A stretch of 44,184 nt of DNA. Source: a virus (taxonomy: Duplodnaviria > Caudoviricetes). A program made the position numbers and the translations under genes. The stretch lies in IMG/VR virus record IMGVR_UViG_3300033076_000718, positions 1 to 44,184 of that record. The stretch is one strand, 5' to 3'. The notes beneath the pieces are model-generated. The model had not been told where the DNA came from. It worked only from the letters and a program-made list of their open reading frames with translations, and searched no databases. Below are positions 35,023 through 43,959 of the stretch, in pieces; the stretch's first letter is position 1, and each line of letters opens with the position of its first letter.

Positions 35023-36105
35023 ATGATTGACCTAACGCGCGCGTATTATGCAATTAAGCATATGATAGAAGCGCAGACCTGGAAAATTACCTTTACTGTT
35101 CTCCTGTTCACTACAGGATTGAACGCACAAAAGTTCGAGGCTTATGCCTCATTAGATCAGACTGTAGTTCCTACTGAGATGCATGAATTTGCTACTGTAA
35201 GCTATAACTTTAGTTCAGACGCTAATAACTATATTATTCATGACTATTTATATTATAGTTATGGTTCTATGGTTAATGCTGATGCTAATACCTTCTTTAA
35301 AGCTGCTGGTACACACGGTTTAAATGAAATAGCTACTAAGCATCCTAAACTACGTATTACTAATGAACGATTTAATTATATATTTAGTCATGCAGAACAT
35401 GCTATTTATGTAGCTAATGAAATCTATATGCCTGCATCTGTTGTATTAGCTATAGGTATATTAGAAAGTCGTTCAGGTTTATGCCCTGCTGCCCAAAAGG
35501 CGAACATATTCTTTAATGTATATCTAGGTGAGTTTGGAACTTCCTGGTATAAATACACTAAAGGAGTATGTGATAAAAGAGGGATACCTCTCTTTAAACA
35601 GTGGGATGATCACATGTGGAGATATGCATATGGTTCTAAAGACATTCGAGGTAACTATGAAATGTTTAAGAAGTATATTCATCATGAAGATTGGTTTACT
35701 AAAGGTAGTTTCCACTATGAACAGCTATTTAAGTTGGGATATGGTGATTACATGAGGTGGACTCATGGGTTACAAGAACTAGGATATGCTACAGATAAAC
35801 AATATGCTGCAAAACTCAATGCTATCATCAAAGAGTGCGCATTATATGAATTTGATACGTATATCTGGGATACAATGGATCCTAAAAAGAGATTTGAAGT
35901 ATTATATCCTGAAGTAAGTACCATGGATGTTAAATTCAAGACTCCACATAGAGACCTAAGAAATACTATTAAGAGAAGCACTAACTATGTCGTTAAAAAG
36001 TACAAGAGTGCTTCTAAGAAAGTTAAACGATATACAAAAGCTAAGAGTACTGCTGATAACCATTTTGAGGCATTAAAGCGTAAGATAGGAGGTAATAGAT
36101 CATGA
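35023..36105 (+). CDS. GH73 glucosaminidase (FlgJ-like peptidoglycan hydrolase), exported
   Basis: PASVVLA.GILES..G, AN.FF, GYATD..YA.KL..II....LY.FD. Signal-like LLFTTGLNA-Q; basic C-terminal tail. Confidence 0.85.
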   Translation: MIDLTRAYYAIKHMIEAQTWKITFTVLLFTTGLNAQKFEAYASLDQTVVPTEMHEFATVSYNFSSDANNYIIHDYLYYSYGSMVNADANTFFKAAGTHGLNEIATKHPKLRITNERFNYIFSHAEHAIYVANEIYMPASVVLAIGILESRSGLCPAAQKANIFFNVYLGEFGTSWYKYTKGVCDKRGIPLFKQWDDHMWRYAYGSKDIRGNYEMFKKYIHHEDWFTKGSFHYEQLFKLGYGDYMRWTHGLQELGYATDKQYAAKLNAIIKECALYEFDTYIWDTMDPKKRFEVLYPEVSTMDVKFKTPHRDLRNTIKRSTNYVVKKYKSASKKVKRYTKAKSTADNHFEALKRKIGGNRS

Positions 36106-36854
36106 GAACATTATCTTTCATTACAGCGCTTCTGATGAGCTTAAATAGCTATTCCAGTGATACAATTAAGGTAAAACTATTGGATACATTCATTGTACCT
36201 CTAGTTAGACAGACATACCATCAAGTTGGTGGCCATAAAGCTGCCGTATATGATGAATATATACATAAGTTTCCATTTAAAGCGTTAAGGTATTTAACGT
36301 ACTATAAGGGAGACACGGATACCACTAGAAATGGTGAATACCGCACCGATTATGCGCATTTTAAAGCATTACAAGCAGGTATACACCTAATAGAGATTGA
36401 ATACGAATATAGTGGTGAGACAATGTTCGGAGTTAATATAAATGATCCTCATCCTATTATTACATATAAGAATCGAACTTCTAGTGGGAGTGACAGTATT
36501 TACATTAAGGTTTTAGACACCTTACCAAAAGTAAAAAAAGATATAATTATTGAAGACGATATAATATATCGTTGTAGCAATATTTATATACCGAATGTAT
36601 TTAATCCAGAGTCAGAAAATCCCGATAATCAGGAATTTAGACCATTTGGAGTAAACTACAAGGACTACAATATGCGTATATGGAATCGGTGGGGAGACCT
36701 AATATGCATAAGCAAAGACTGGGATGGTGATTTTAAAGGAGTGCGCCAACGTGGCACATTCGTATATGAAATCATCTTAACACGCACACAAGAAAAATGT
36801 AAAGGGATTGTAACCGTATTAAGTAACGAAACGTCATTCAATCCCGGACAATGA
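36102..36854 (+). CDS. Secreted protein with a T9SS type-B C-terminal sorting domain (CHU_C/gliding-motility CTD)
   Basis: Signal peptide plus IYIPNVFNP....DN..F......Y.MRIWNRWGDLI....WDG.FKG....GTFVYEI......KG.VTVL. Confidence 0.82.
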   Translation: MRTLSFITALLMSLNSYSSDTIKVKLLDTFIVPLVRQTYHQVGGHKAAVYDEYIHKFPFKALRYLTYYKGDTDTTRNGEYRTDYAHFKALQAGIHLIEIEYEYSGETMFGVNINDPHPIITYKNRTSSGSDSIYIKVLDTLPKVKKDIIIEDDIIYRCSNIYIPNVFNPESENPDNQEFRPFGVNYKDYNMRIWNRWGDLICISKDWDGDFKGVRQRGTFVYEIILTRTQEKCKGIVTVLSNETSFNPGQ

Positions 36855-37648
36855 AGCATGTACAAGTAATACTAGGATCTATCCTGTACGGATTATATAC
36901 AGATAGCTTTGCTAGAGAAATTATAGTAAACATAATATGTATGTATGCTGCATTAGTAATAATGTATATACTACAAATTATAAGAAATAAGACTTTAGTA
37001 ATACCTTTACTGTTTATAACAGCATCAGGATTCTCACAGAAATTTGAGAAAAACACAGCGCAGCTATTCGTACATTATTCATATGTTGCCAGTGTAGCTC
37101 AAATGAAGATTGATAAGCCCTTACCTATTCATATGCCCTACTGGGATATGTATTCGGACCCTACTATAGGTATCCAATATAGATATAGCACTAATAATAG
37201 TGCTGCATATGCTAGCATAGGATTACAGCAAATATGTGCAGGTAATCGTCTCATGACGTTTATACCTGTACCTATACCGTTTAGAAAGACTAATTTTACA
37301 CGTATTAAGGTAGGCATACTAGCAGAGGTTCTAATAGATTGGAACCCTAACAATTACAAGCCATTTCTTAATACCGAAAATATCGAAGTTAAGACAAGTT
37401 TATCCTATGTAGATAATTTGCTTAACAAACCATTACAAAAATTTAATATACCGAAGTACAAAGAAACTGCACCAACATATGCATACGGACTCATATTTGA
37501 GTATCCTATGACATTTGACAATCAGTTTCAGATAATACCCTTCATTAACTTGAAGAATTACGGTAAATTAGATAAACTCAATATAGAAGGGGGAATAAGA
37601 ATGGCTATGTCTTATTCTAAAATCTCTTCTAAGGTTCGAAGAGGATAG
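36851..37648 (+). CDS. Putative outer-membrane beta-barrel protein with an N-terminal TM extension
   Basis: Internal signal-like LLFITASGFS-Q, then alternating amphipathic strands (IGIQYRY, YASIGL, YAYGLIFEY, IEGGIRMAMSY). Confidence 0.5.
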   Translation: MKHVQVILGSILYGLYTDSFAREIIVNIICMYAALVIMYILQIIRNKTLVIPLLFITASGFSQKFEKNTAQLFVHYSYVASVAQMKIDKPLPIHMPYWDMYSDPTIGIQYRYSTNNSAAYASIGLQQICAGNRLMTFIPVPIPFRKTNFTRIKVGILAEVLIDWNPNNYKPFLNTENIEVKTSLSYVDNLLNKPLQKFNIPKYKETAPTYAYGLIFEYPMTFDNQFQIIPFINLKNYGKLDKLNIEGGIRMAMSYSKISSKVRRG

Positions 37649-37661
37649 ATTCATTATACCC

Positions 37662-37694
37662 GGTGGGGTACCCAAAAGAGGGGCCCCACTCTTT
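37662..37694 (+). terminator. Hairpin carrying the conserved core TACCCAAAAGAGGGG (copy 2)
   Basis: GTGGGG / CCCCAC stem followed by TCTTT. Confidence 0.55.
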
Positions 37695-37728
37695 CTAAAC
37701 CGGCCAAGTGCCACAAAACTAATGTTCA

Positions 37729-39363
37729 ATGGAACAAACTAAGCAAAGCCAAAAAGCTCTAGAGCAGCTAACGGCGTCTATTTCTAGCGTAACTGTGTCG
37801 AGCACTGCTCCACAAAATGCAACAGAATTTCCCGTAAAAAACGGCACAAAAGAGATTTTCATATATGAAAATACTCACAACGGGAAAAAAAGCATTTCTA
37901 TTGCCACATCCGATTTAGGTGACACTAAAAAAGTAGGTAACAAAATTTACAAAAAAGCGTCTCAACTCAATATCGAAAACATGAAAGTGTTTATCGAAGG
38001 GCAGCTGATTGTGACAAAAGAAGTGACTAAACCGGCTAGTTTCTTAGCATGTGTACAAAAATACATGAGTACATATCCGGAGAGTTCTCCTATTTTGGAT
38101 TTACTCCTTCCACTTGTATCCACTCCAAGTGGAAATCTTATGCCAGGTCTCAAAGACTGCCAAGATCAGCTATATAAGTTCTTAACGAACTTTCCATTAG
38201 CATTATGTTCACCATATCAGCTGTATCCGTTTTCGGATAACACGGTGTGCTCAAACACACCATTCATAGAAATTGAAAACGATGTCACTGAATATTCTGT
38301 TGTTTTCCCCAACGGAACTAAAAAGGACTTCGTCTTAGATGAAGCTACGTGCTATATTCCCACTAAAAAACTGGCGACTGGGTCACAGATATTAGTCGGG
38401 GAAAAGACGTACACCATTGTGGGAACTGAGTTTTCGGGTTTACCGCATTCCTTCGACCTTGATTTGGATGTTGTTCCTGTAAAAGATCAAGCGACTTACA
38501 AGAAAACTGCTGAGAACTTCGGTACTCTCGGTACTATTGAGAGCATCACTACATTAGAGATGGAAGCAGCATCGTTCCGCGGATTATTGATAGCGATGCT
38601 AGAAAACTATCTAGGCAAGAGATTCTTACCTATGAACGATCGGTATGTATGGATGCAACTTAGTGAAGAAGATATGATGGCTCCCACTGATACCCACCCA
38701 GGTGGTAAATTCTATGGCGAAAAGAACCAGATTGTCAACGAAGCAATCTTCACGAAAGTTTTGTCACAGATGTGTCAGGTTAAAATGGGATCAAAGAAAA
38801 CTCTTGTAGTACGAAACGAGCCGTTATGTAAAAACATTGTCTCCTTTATGGAGAATACTGTTGTGCATAACAAAGTATTTACTGCCCCAATACCCACAGG
38901 AGTTTTCATGGGTAAGTATTTAGGTGTTCCGGAAGAAGTTGAAGTTGGAGGGAAAATCCTTCGAAGCATTGCGTACATTGAACAGAGGATGGAGTCTCCT
39001 TATAAGGTCTCTATGGACGGCGACGTACTAGTTGTCTCCCGTAACAAATTTTCAAAAAGATTCTCGATTGCAGACATTACACAGTATGCTCGTAAGGGTG
39101 ACGGTAGTGATTTAGTAGCCGCAGTAATCTCAAGTGCACCGGATTTCATCAAAACGAATGAAACGGCACTTGCGGAGTTTATTAAAGACTTTGAGGAAAT
39201 GTTGAATACGATCGCAGCTAAAGATCCAAAGCTTCAAGAGCTGGGTTACTTGAACTGCACTCCGAACGATTCCACACGCAAAATTGACCTGAGAAAGACC
39301 AAGAGTCGCTCAAGCAGTTATAGCATGGGAGAAGCAATTGACTTCAAAAAGTTTTCACTGTAA
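37729..39363 (+). CDS. Hypothetical protein
   Basis: 544-aa ORF flanked by hairpins; no motif recognised. Confidence 0.75.
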   Translation: MEQTKQSQKALEQLTASISSVTVSSTAPQNATEFPVKNGTKEIFIYENTHNGKKSISIATSDLGDTKKVGNKIYKKASQLNIENMKVFIEGQLIVTKEVTKPASFLACVQKYMSTYPESSPILDLLLPLVSTPSGNLMPGLKDCQDQLYKFLTNFPLALCSPYQLYPFSDNTVCSNTPFIEIENDVTEYSVVFPNGTKKDFVLDEATCYIPTKKLATGSQILVGEKTYTIVGTEFSGLPHSFDLDLDVVPVKDQATYKKTAENFGTLGTIESITTLEMEAASFRGLLIAMLENYLGKRFLPMNDRYVWMQLSEEDMMAPTDTHPGGKFYGEKNQIVNEAIFTKVLSQMCQVKMGSKKTLVVRNEPLCKNIVSFMENTVVHNKVFTAPIPTGVFMGKYLGVPEEVEVGGKILRSIAYIEQRMESPYKVSMDGDVLVVSRNKFSKRFSIADITQYARKGDGSDLVAAVISSAPDFIKTNETALAEFIKDFEEMLNTIAAKDPKLQELGYLNCTPNDSTRKIDLRKTKSRSSSYSMGEAIDFKKFSL

Positions 39364-39373
39364 CAATTTCAAC

Positions 39374-39401
39374 GGGGAGGGGTGAAACTCCCCTCCTTTT
39401 T
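39374..39401 (+). terminator. Rho-independent terminator
   Basis: GGAGGGG-N7-CCCCTCC followed by TTTTT. Confidence 0.75.
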
Positions 39402-39408
39402 CTTTATC

Positions 39409-39654
39409 ATGACTACACCGGAATTTAGAAGCAATATCAGAAAAGTTAGGACTCAAATTAAGAAATTAGATACCTTAATTAAGGTGTTTGAAAAAGATCC
39501 TAGTTTAGCATATCCAAATGCGTTTTATTTAAACAATTCAAGAAAGTTTTTACTCGCCGTTGAAGGAATTCTCGAGCGAGAACATTTAAAACAAGTAGAT
39601 TATAATTACGCAATAGCAAGAAGAAATAAACTTAAATCTAAAACAAATGGCTAA
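39409..39654 (+). CDS. Hypothetical basic protein
   Basis: The ORF-track GTG lies inside the terminator, so ATG 39409 is preferred. Confidence 0.6.
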   Translation: MTTPEFRSNIRKVRTQIKKLDTLIKVFEKDPSLAYPNAFYLNNSRKFLLAVEGILEREHLKQVDYNYAIARRNKLKSKTNG

Positions 39655-40591
39655 AGTACGTCCAGGTTCCGCAATAAATACAGTTGAAGCTACTACCATT
39701 GCTCCTGTATCCGCACCAGTTAAAGTTGTAGTTGAAACTAACTATGCAGACATGACTGAAGATCAAATTATGGATCTTGAGATTCCAGATGATCAGAAGA
39801 TGCTTATTTTAATTGAGCGAGAAAAACAACTCAAACTTATTGAACAACTAGGTCTAACTAAAGAAGAGATTCCTGCTCCAGAAGTTCACGAAGCAAAAAT
39901 TATTCCTATTGAAACTCCTATCGAAACTAAGGTTGAAGTGGAAGAAGAGGCTACTGTAGAAGAAATTATTGCAGATCATAAGTCAACTCAAGAAGTACTG
40001 GAAGATTTGAACGTAAAGATGGCTGAGTCCATCTCTAATGGTACACTTTTTAACATAGAGCAATTAGGTGTAACAAAGATTGATTTAACTGCACATAAGC
40101 AGGGAATCATTGACCTAATGCAAGTTCAAAAAGCGTATTTCACAGTACTGGAAGTTACAGAAGCTTTTACTTCATTTGGAGTAACTATTGCTGATAATTA
40201 CACAGAAATTGAGTTTGCACCTAAGCTTCCTCTAGCTGCCGGCACATCATTTGTAAGTACTTACGGTGTATGTACAACAAATGTTACAGCAGAAAGTGAA
40301 TCTGTTACGCTCTTTAACTTGTTTAAAGAAATGTGTGAAGAATTAAAAGTAGCTCCGTTAGAAAGAGTATTTAAATTTAAAGACGTTATGGAAGCATTCA
40401 CTGATGCACTTCTAATTGATAGAGAAAACCCTCTTCGTGAAGTAGCTCGTCTTATGCTGGAAGAAGAATTTCCTGATACTACCATTGAGAATGGTGATTT
40501 TACTATATCCTCAATTCCAGACAGCGTTACATATTGTTTAAAAGTAACTATCCAAGGTCAACTTGCATCATTAATTCGTTCCGGCAAATGA
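39647..40591 (+). CDS. Hypothetical acidic protein
   Basis: 314 aa with a Glu-rich N-terminal half. Confidence 0.7.
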   Translation: MAKVRPGSAINTVEATTIAPVSAPVKVVVETNYADMTEDQIMDLEIPDDQKMLILIEREKQLKLIEQLGLTKEEIPAPEVHEAKIIPIETPIETKVEVEEEATVEEIIADHKSTQEVLEDLNVKMAESISNGTLFNIEQLGVTKIDLTAHKQGIIDLMQVQKAYFTVLEVTEAFTSFGVTIADNYTEIEFAPKLPLAAGTSFVSTYGVCTTNVTAESESVTLFNLFKEMCEELKVAPLERVFKFKDVMEAFTDALLIDRENPLREVARLMLEEEFPDTTIENGDFTISSIPDSVTYCLKVTIQGQLASLIRSGK

Positions 40592-40779
40592 TAACGGAAA
40601 GCACTTACGATAAAGCATTTCGAGAGTATAACGAACTCAAGAAATTAGCAGATTTGGATAAAGACCAACAATATCAATTACAGAAGTTGCAAGATATCAT
40701 TATTACGTATGCTGAGCAGCAACAGGAACTAGCAGAGAAGTTTAAGCCTACTCCTCAAGAGAAACGTAAGAAGTCATGA
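40588..40779 (+). CDS. Small helical hypothetical protein
   Basis: ATGA overlap gives a start at 40588 (MITESTYDKA...). Confidence 0.55.
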   Translation: MITESTYDKAFREYNELKKLADLDKDQQYQLQKLQDIIITYAEQQQELAEKFKPTPQEKRKKS

Positions 40780-41249
40780 TAAGGCTTCTGCTCTTAGTTT
40801 TTTTCTGTTCCTTCTTACTTATCAAGGTTACTGAAAAGTACGAGCAGAAAGGCTATAAGGAGCTCACAGAGCGTTTATCAGGACTAGGAATGCGCTTTCC
40901 TACAATATTCTTATCTCAAGTGTATCTAGAAACAGGTAATTTTACCAGTAGGATATATAAAGAAAATAATAATATGATGGGGATGAAGCTTCCATTCTAC
41001 AGAGAAAGTTTAGCAATAGGCGAAAACTTAGGGCATGCCGTATACGAAAATACAGGGGATTGTATATTAGATTATATCAAATGGCAGGAATACTGGTTAC
41101 CAAGATATGAAGAGAATAACGGAAAACTGGAAACAGATGAAGATTATCTCGCGTTCTTAAATGCTATAGGTTATGCCGAAGATAAAAAATATTTAGATAA
41201 AATACGGAATATAAATAAAACCGTTCGTAAAAAACTTAATTTAAATTAA
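40776..41249 (+). CDS. Second GH73-like glucosaminidase with an N-terminal anchor
   Basis: SQVYLETGNFTS....NNN.MGMK...Y.....C..DY...Q...YL.FL..IGYAED..Y..KI. Confidence 0.8.
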   Translation: MIRLLLLVFFCSFLLIKVTEKYEQKGYKELTERLSGLGMRFPTIFLSQVYLETGNFTSRIYKENNNMMGMKLPFYRESLAIGENLGHAVYENTGDCILDYIKWQEYWLPRYEENNGKLETDEDYLAFLNAIGYAEDKKYLDKIRNINKTVRKKLNLN

Positions 41250-41254
41250 TCATT

Positions 41255-42433
41255 ATGACAAACGTCGAAATTTTATTAGCTGTGGGCATCATAGGTATCC
41301 TATTATTGTCCTTGCTAGGTTGGAATTCATATAAAAATGAAGGAAATGCAAAAACTATTGCAAATGCAGTTCACAAAGTAGTTCCGAACTCTAACCAAAA
41401 TAAACCTTGGCTAGGATTAGAAGTCTATGACGCAGAAGAACGTCACGTAGGTACCCAATTTTCAGAGACAGACTTTCTGGAAAAAATACGACAACATTTT
41501 GATATATCTGTAGCTAATAGTGTAAATATTATTCAAGACTTTGAAGAAGGTACTACCGGATTTACTCGCGTATATAAAATTATGCGTCCTAAGAGTTATC
41601 TACCTATTTATCTGGAAACTAACGGTTTTATGCTTACCGAGAATCACGAGAAGAAATATACTCGTGAAGTTTCCGGTGGTATTATTAATGGTTATTCTCT
41701 TCATTATAATATAAATGATGAGTGTAAAATTCCAGAACTCGTTACGAATCTAACTCAATGTATTGTACGTGAAATTCCTGTTTCAGTTATTCATAAAATT
41801 GATCTTTACGGGTCAAATAAAAGGTATATTGCAAGCAGTGCATTCAGTTTTACGAATATTCCGGCAGGTACAATTGAAGACGCTAAAAGAGCAATTAGCG
41901 TAGGTAACTTATGTATGCTTGTCTTGGGTCCAAACCAAGTCGGCAAATCCGTATTTACCAGCCACATTGCAGATTTAGGATTTCCAGGAATTCCAGCATT
42001 TGAATTAGATCTTAAGAACTTTCGTGATTCGGATTACATTCCTACTATTGAGCAAGTAATTCTTTCGAAAGCCGGCAAAGCTCCTATCATTACTATCTCA
42101 TTAGGACAGTCTCAATTCAGAGACTTAGAGAAGAAAGACATGTCCCTTATGAGAGATCTTACAGAATGGATGTCTAGTACTGAGCTACATGCTAAGTACA
42201 AGATCAACTTTATCGCAGCTTCACACGAGAATATTGAAGACATTCCGGCTTCAATAACAGCAAGGCTTACTCAGGTAGTAAACATGACTAAATTTGATTT
42301 AGCAGGCTTTCAACGTATTTTAGCCACTTATCGTCCTGAGACTCAATATCGTTGGGAAACTGGATTAATGGCTGTAGATGCTCCAAAAGGCTTTACATAC
42401 ACAGATATGAATAAGTATGCAAAACTTATTTAG
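41255..42433 (+). CDS. Membrane-anchored P-loop/AAA-like protein (divergent)
   Basis: N-terminal TM, Walker A GPNQVGKS, C-terminal IAASH...I..SI.AR. No acidic Walker B. Confidence 0.6.
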   Translation: MTNVEILLAVGIIGILLLSLLGWNSYKNEGNAKTIANAVHKVVPNSNQNKPWLGLEVYDAEERHVGTQFSETDFLEKIRQHFDISVANSVNIIQDFEEGTTGFTRVYKIMRPKSYLPIYLETNGFMLTENHEKKYTREVSGGIINGYSLHYNINDECKIPELVTNLTQCIVREIPVSVIHKIDLYGSNKRYIASSAFSFTNIPAGTIEDAKRAISVGNLCMLVLGPNQVGKSVFTSHIADLGFPGIPAFELDLKNFRDSDYIPTIEQVILSKAGKAPIITISLGQSQFRDLEKKDMSLMRDLTEWMSSTELHAKYKINFIAASHENIEDIPASITARLTQVVNMTKFDLAGFQRILATYRPETQYRWETGLMAVDAPKGFTYTDMNKYAKLI

Positions 42434-42436
42434 TGC

Positions 42437-42760
42437 ATGTGGACAAGCCGAGAAATCATTCAGTTAAAAGCCAAATTTCGAAATAAGAAAGAAAGCGCTA
42501 AAAGAGAAAATGTTCCTTTCGCTATCACTTACGCATATTTTAAGTCGCTTTGTGAACCGAGATGCAATTTTTACAAACCGGAAGAAAAACTTACTGTAGG
42601 AGAGATGAGCTTACATAAGATTGTACCACATTTAGGTTATATTCCAGGCAACTGTGTAATAACCGATATCGCTTATAATCGTAAAATGGGTGGATTAACA
42701 CCCGATGAGCATATAGATGTAGGTATCAAAAACATGAAGCATATTCAAAAAAAAGCTTAG
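42437..42760 (+). CDS. HNH/His-Me finger endonuclease-like protein
   Basis: SAKR..V.F.IT......L....C ... SLHKIVP.LGYIPGNC......N..MG, a variant of the SLDRID...GY...N pattern. Confidence 0.65.
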   Translation: MWTSREIIQLKAKFRNKKESAKRENVPFAITYAYFKSLCEPRCNFYKPEEKLTVGEMSLHKIVPHLGYIPGNCVITDIAYNRKMGGLTPDEHIDVGIKNMKHIQKKA

Positions 42761-42763
42761 AGA

Positions 42764-42783
42764 AAGGGGGAGAAATCCCCCTT
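42764..42783 (+). terminator. GNRA-capped hairpin (weak terminator or processing site)
   Basis: AAGGGGGA-GAAA-TCCCCCTT with a poor U-tract. Confidence 0.5.
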
Positions 42784-42813
42784 ATCTAATTTAACTTTAT
42801 TTAACTTAATTTT

Positions 42814-43959
42814 ATGTTCTTAAATAATTCTAATTTCGCTCAATATCTTGGCTGGCAAAAACAAACTCTTGCTAAATATGCTAATACAGAACCTATTCTG
42901 TCTAAGTTAGCTACTGCATTACAAGATACGCATTGTATTCTTACAGTTGGCCCCGGTGGTTACGGTAAATCAGATATATTATTTGATTTATTCAATACTA
43001 TGTGCCCAGGAGATTTTGAAATATTGGATTGTAGTTCTAAAACACCTCTAACAGTTCTTACAAATAATCTAACCGGAGACATTAGTTCTATTCTAAAGCC
43101 TAATTTCTCTCGTTGGAGAAAACCAGATGGTAGTTGGGTAAAAGCAATTATTTTAGAAGAATACTTTGACTTAAGTATCTCTACTATTATGGACTTCAAG
43201 ACGATTCTTGAGAATCGTCGTTACATTGATCCAGATACTAAGGAAGTTATTGAAATAGGCGTAGAAGTATTTATTGCCGCCACTAACAAAACAACCGATG
43301 ATATCATGGTAGGTGTAGAAGAATCGGATAGAATGTCTATGCAGGCAGCAGTTGATCGTTTCCGTCGTATAATTAATTGGAAATGGGATGACTATGGCAC
43401 GAGTGCTTGGGATAATTTCTTTAAATTGTTTAACTTAACAGCTGAACATAAGCAATTATTTACTGAAACTTTCGGTAGATTAGGAAGAAAGGAAATCGAA
43501 ATCTCTCCCAGAATGGCTAAGAACTTAGCTAATGCATTCAGTATTAATAACAATATGATTACTTCTTTGGAAGATAATATCAATACTTTAGCCGGTCTTA
43601 GTCCAGAACTAAAGCAACTACTGCTGTCTGAATTAAGAAAGACTCAAAATATCTTTACTAACAGAGAGCAAATCGAGAAATTAGAAAAAGTTGTTAAAAC
43701 TAAGATTAATGATATTAATTATAGCAAAGCATCGGCTGAAGCTAAGGTATATAGATTAAATTTATTAGGGAACGGATTAAATGAGTTCAATAGTCTAAGC
43801 ATTGCTAGTGATGATAAGCTTCAGAGCATGATTGCTAAAATGCAGAACGAGCTTGAAACTCATACACAAACAATTCAAGAAAGAACTATATCAGAGTTAC
43901 AAACTATGTATAATTCAGAAGCCGAAGCTATTCGTTCTATCTTATCTAAGTTTGTATAA
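42814..43959 (+). CDS. AAA+ ATPase (MoxR/RavA-like)
   Basis: Walker A GPGGYGKS, Walker B IILEEYFD, sensor AATN, arginine finger AAVDRF, ISPR. Confidence 0.82.
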   Translation: MFLNNSNFAQYLGWQKQTLAKYANTEPILSKLATALQDTHCILTVGPGGYGKSDILFDLFNTMCPGDFEILDCSSKTPLTVLTNNLTGDISSILKPNFSRWRKPDGSWVKAIILEEYFDLSISTIMDFKTILENRRYIDPDTKEVIEIGVEVFIAATNKTTDDIMVGVEESDRMSMQAAVDRFRRIINWKWDDYGTSAWDNFFKLFNLTAEHKQLFTETFGRLGRKEIEISPRMAKNLANAFSINNNMITSLEDNINTLAGLSPELKQLLLSELRKTQNIFTNREQIEKLEKVVKTKINDINYSKASAEAKVYRLNLLGNGLNEFNSLSIASDDKLQSMIAKMQNELETHTQTIQERTISELQTMYNSEAEAIRSILSKFV

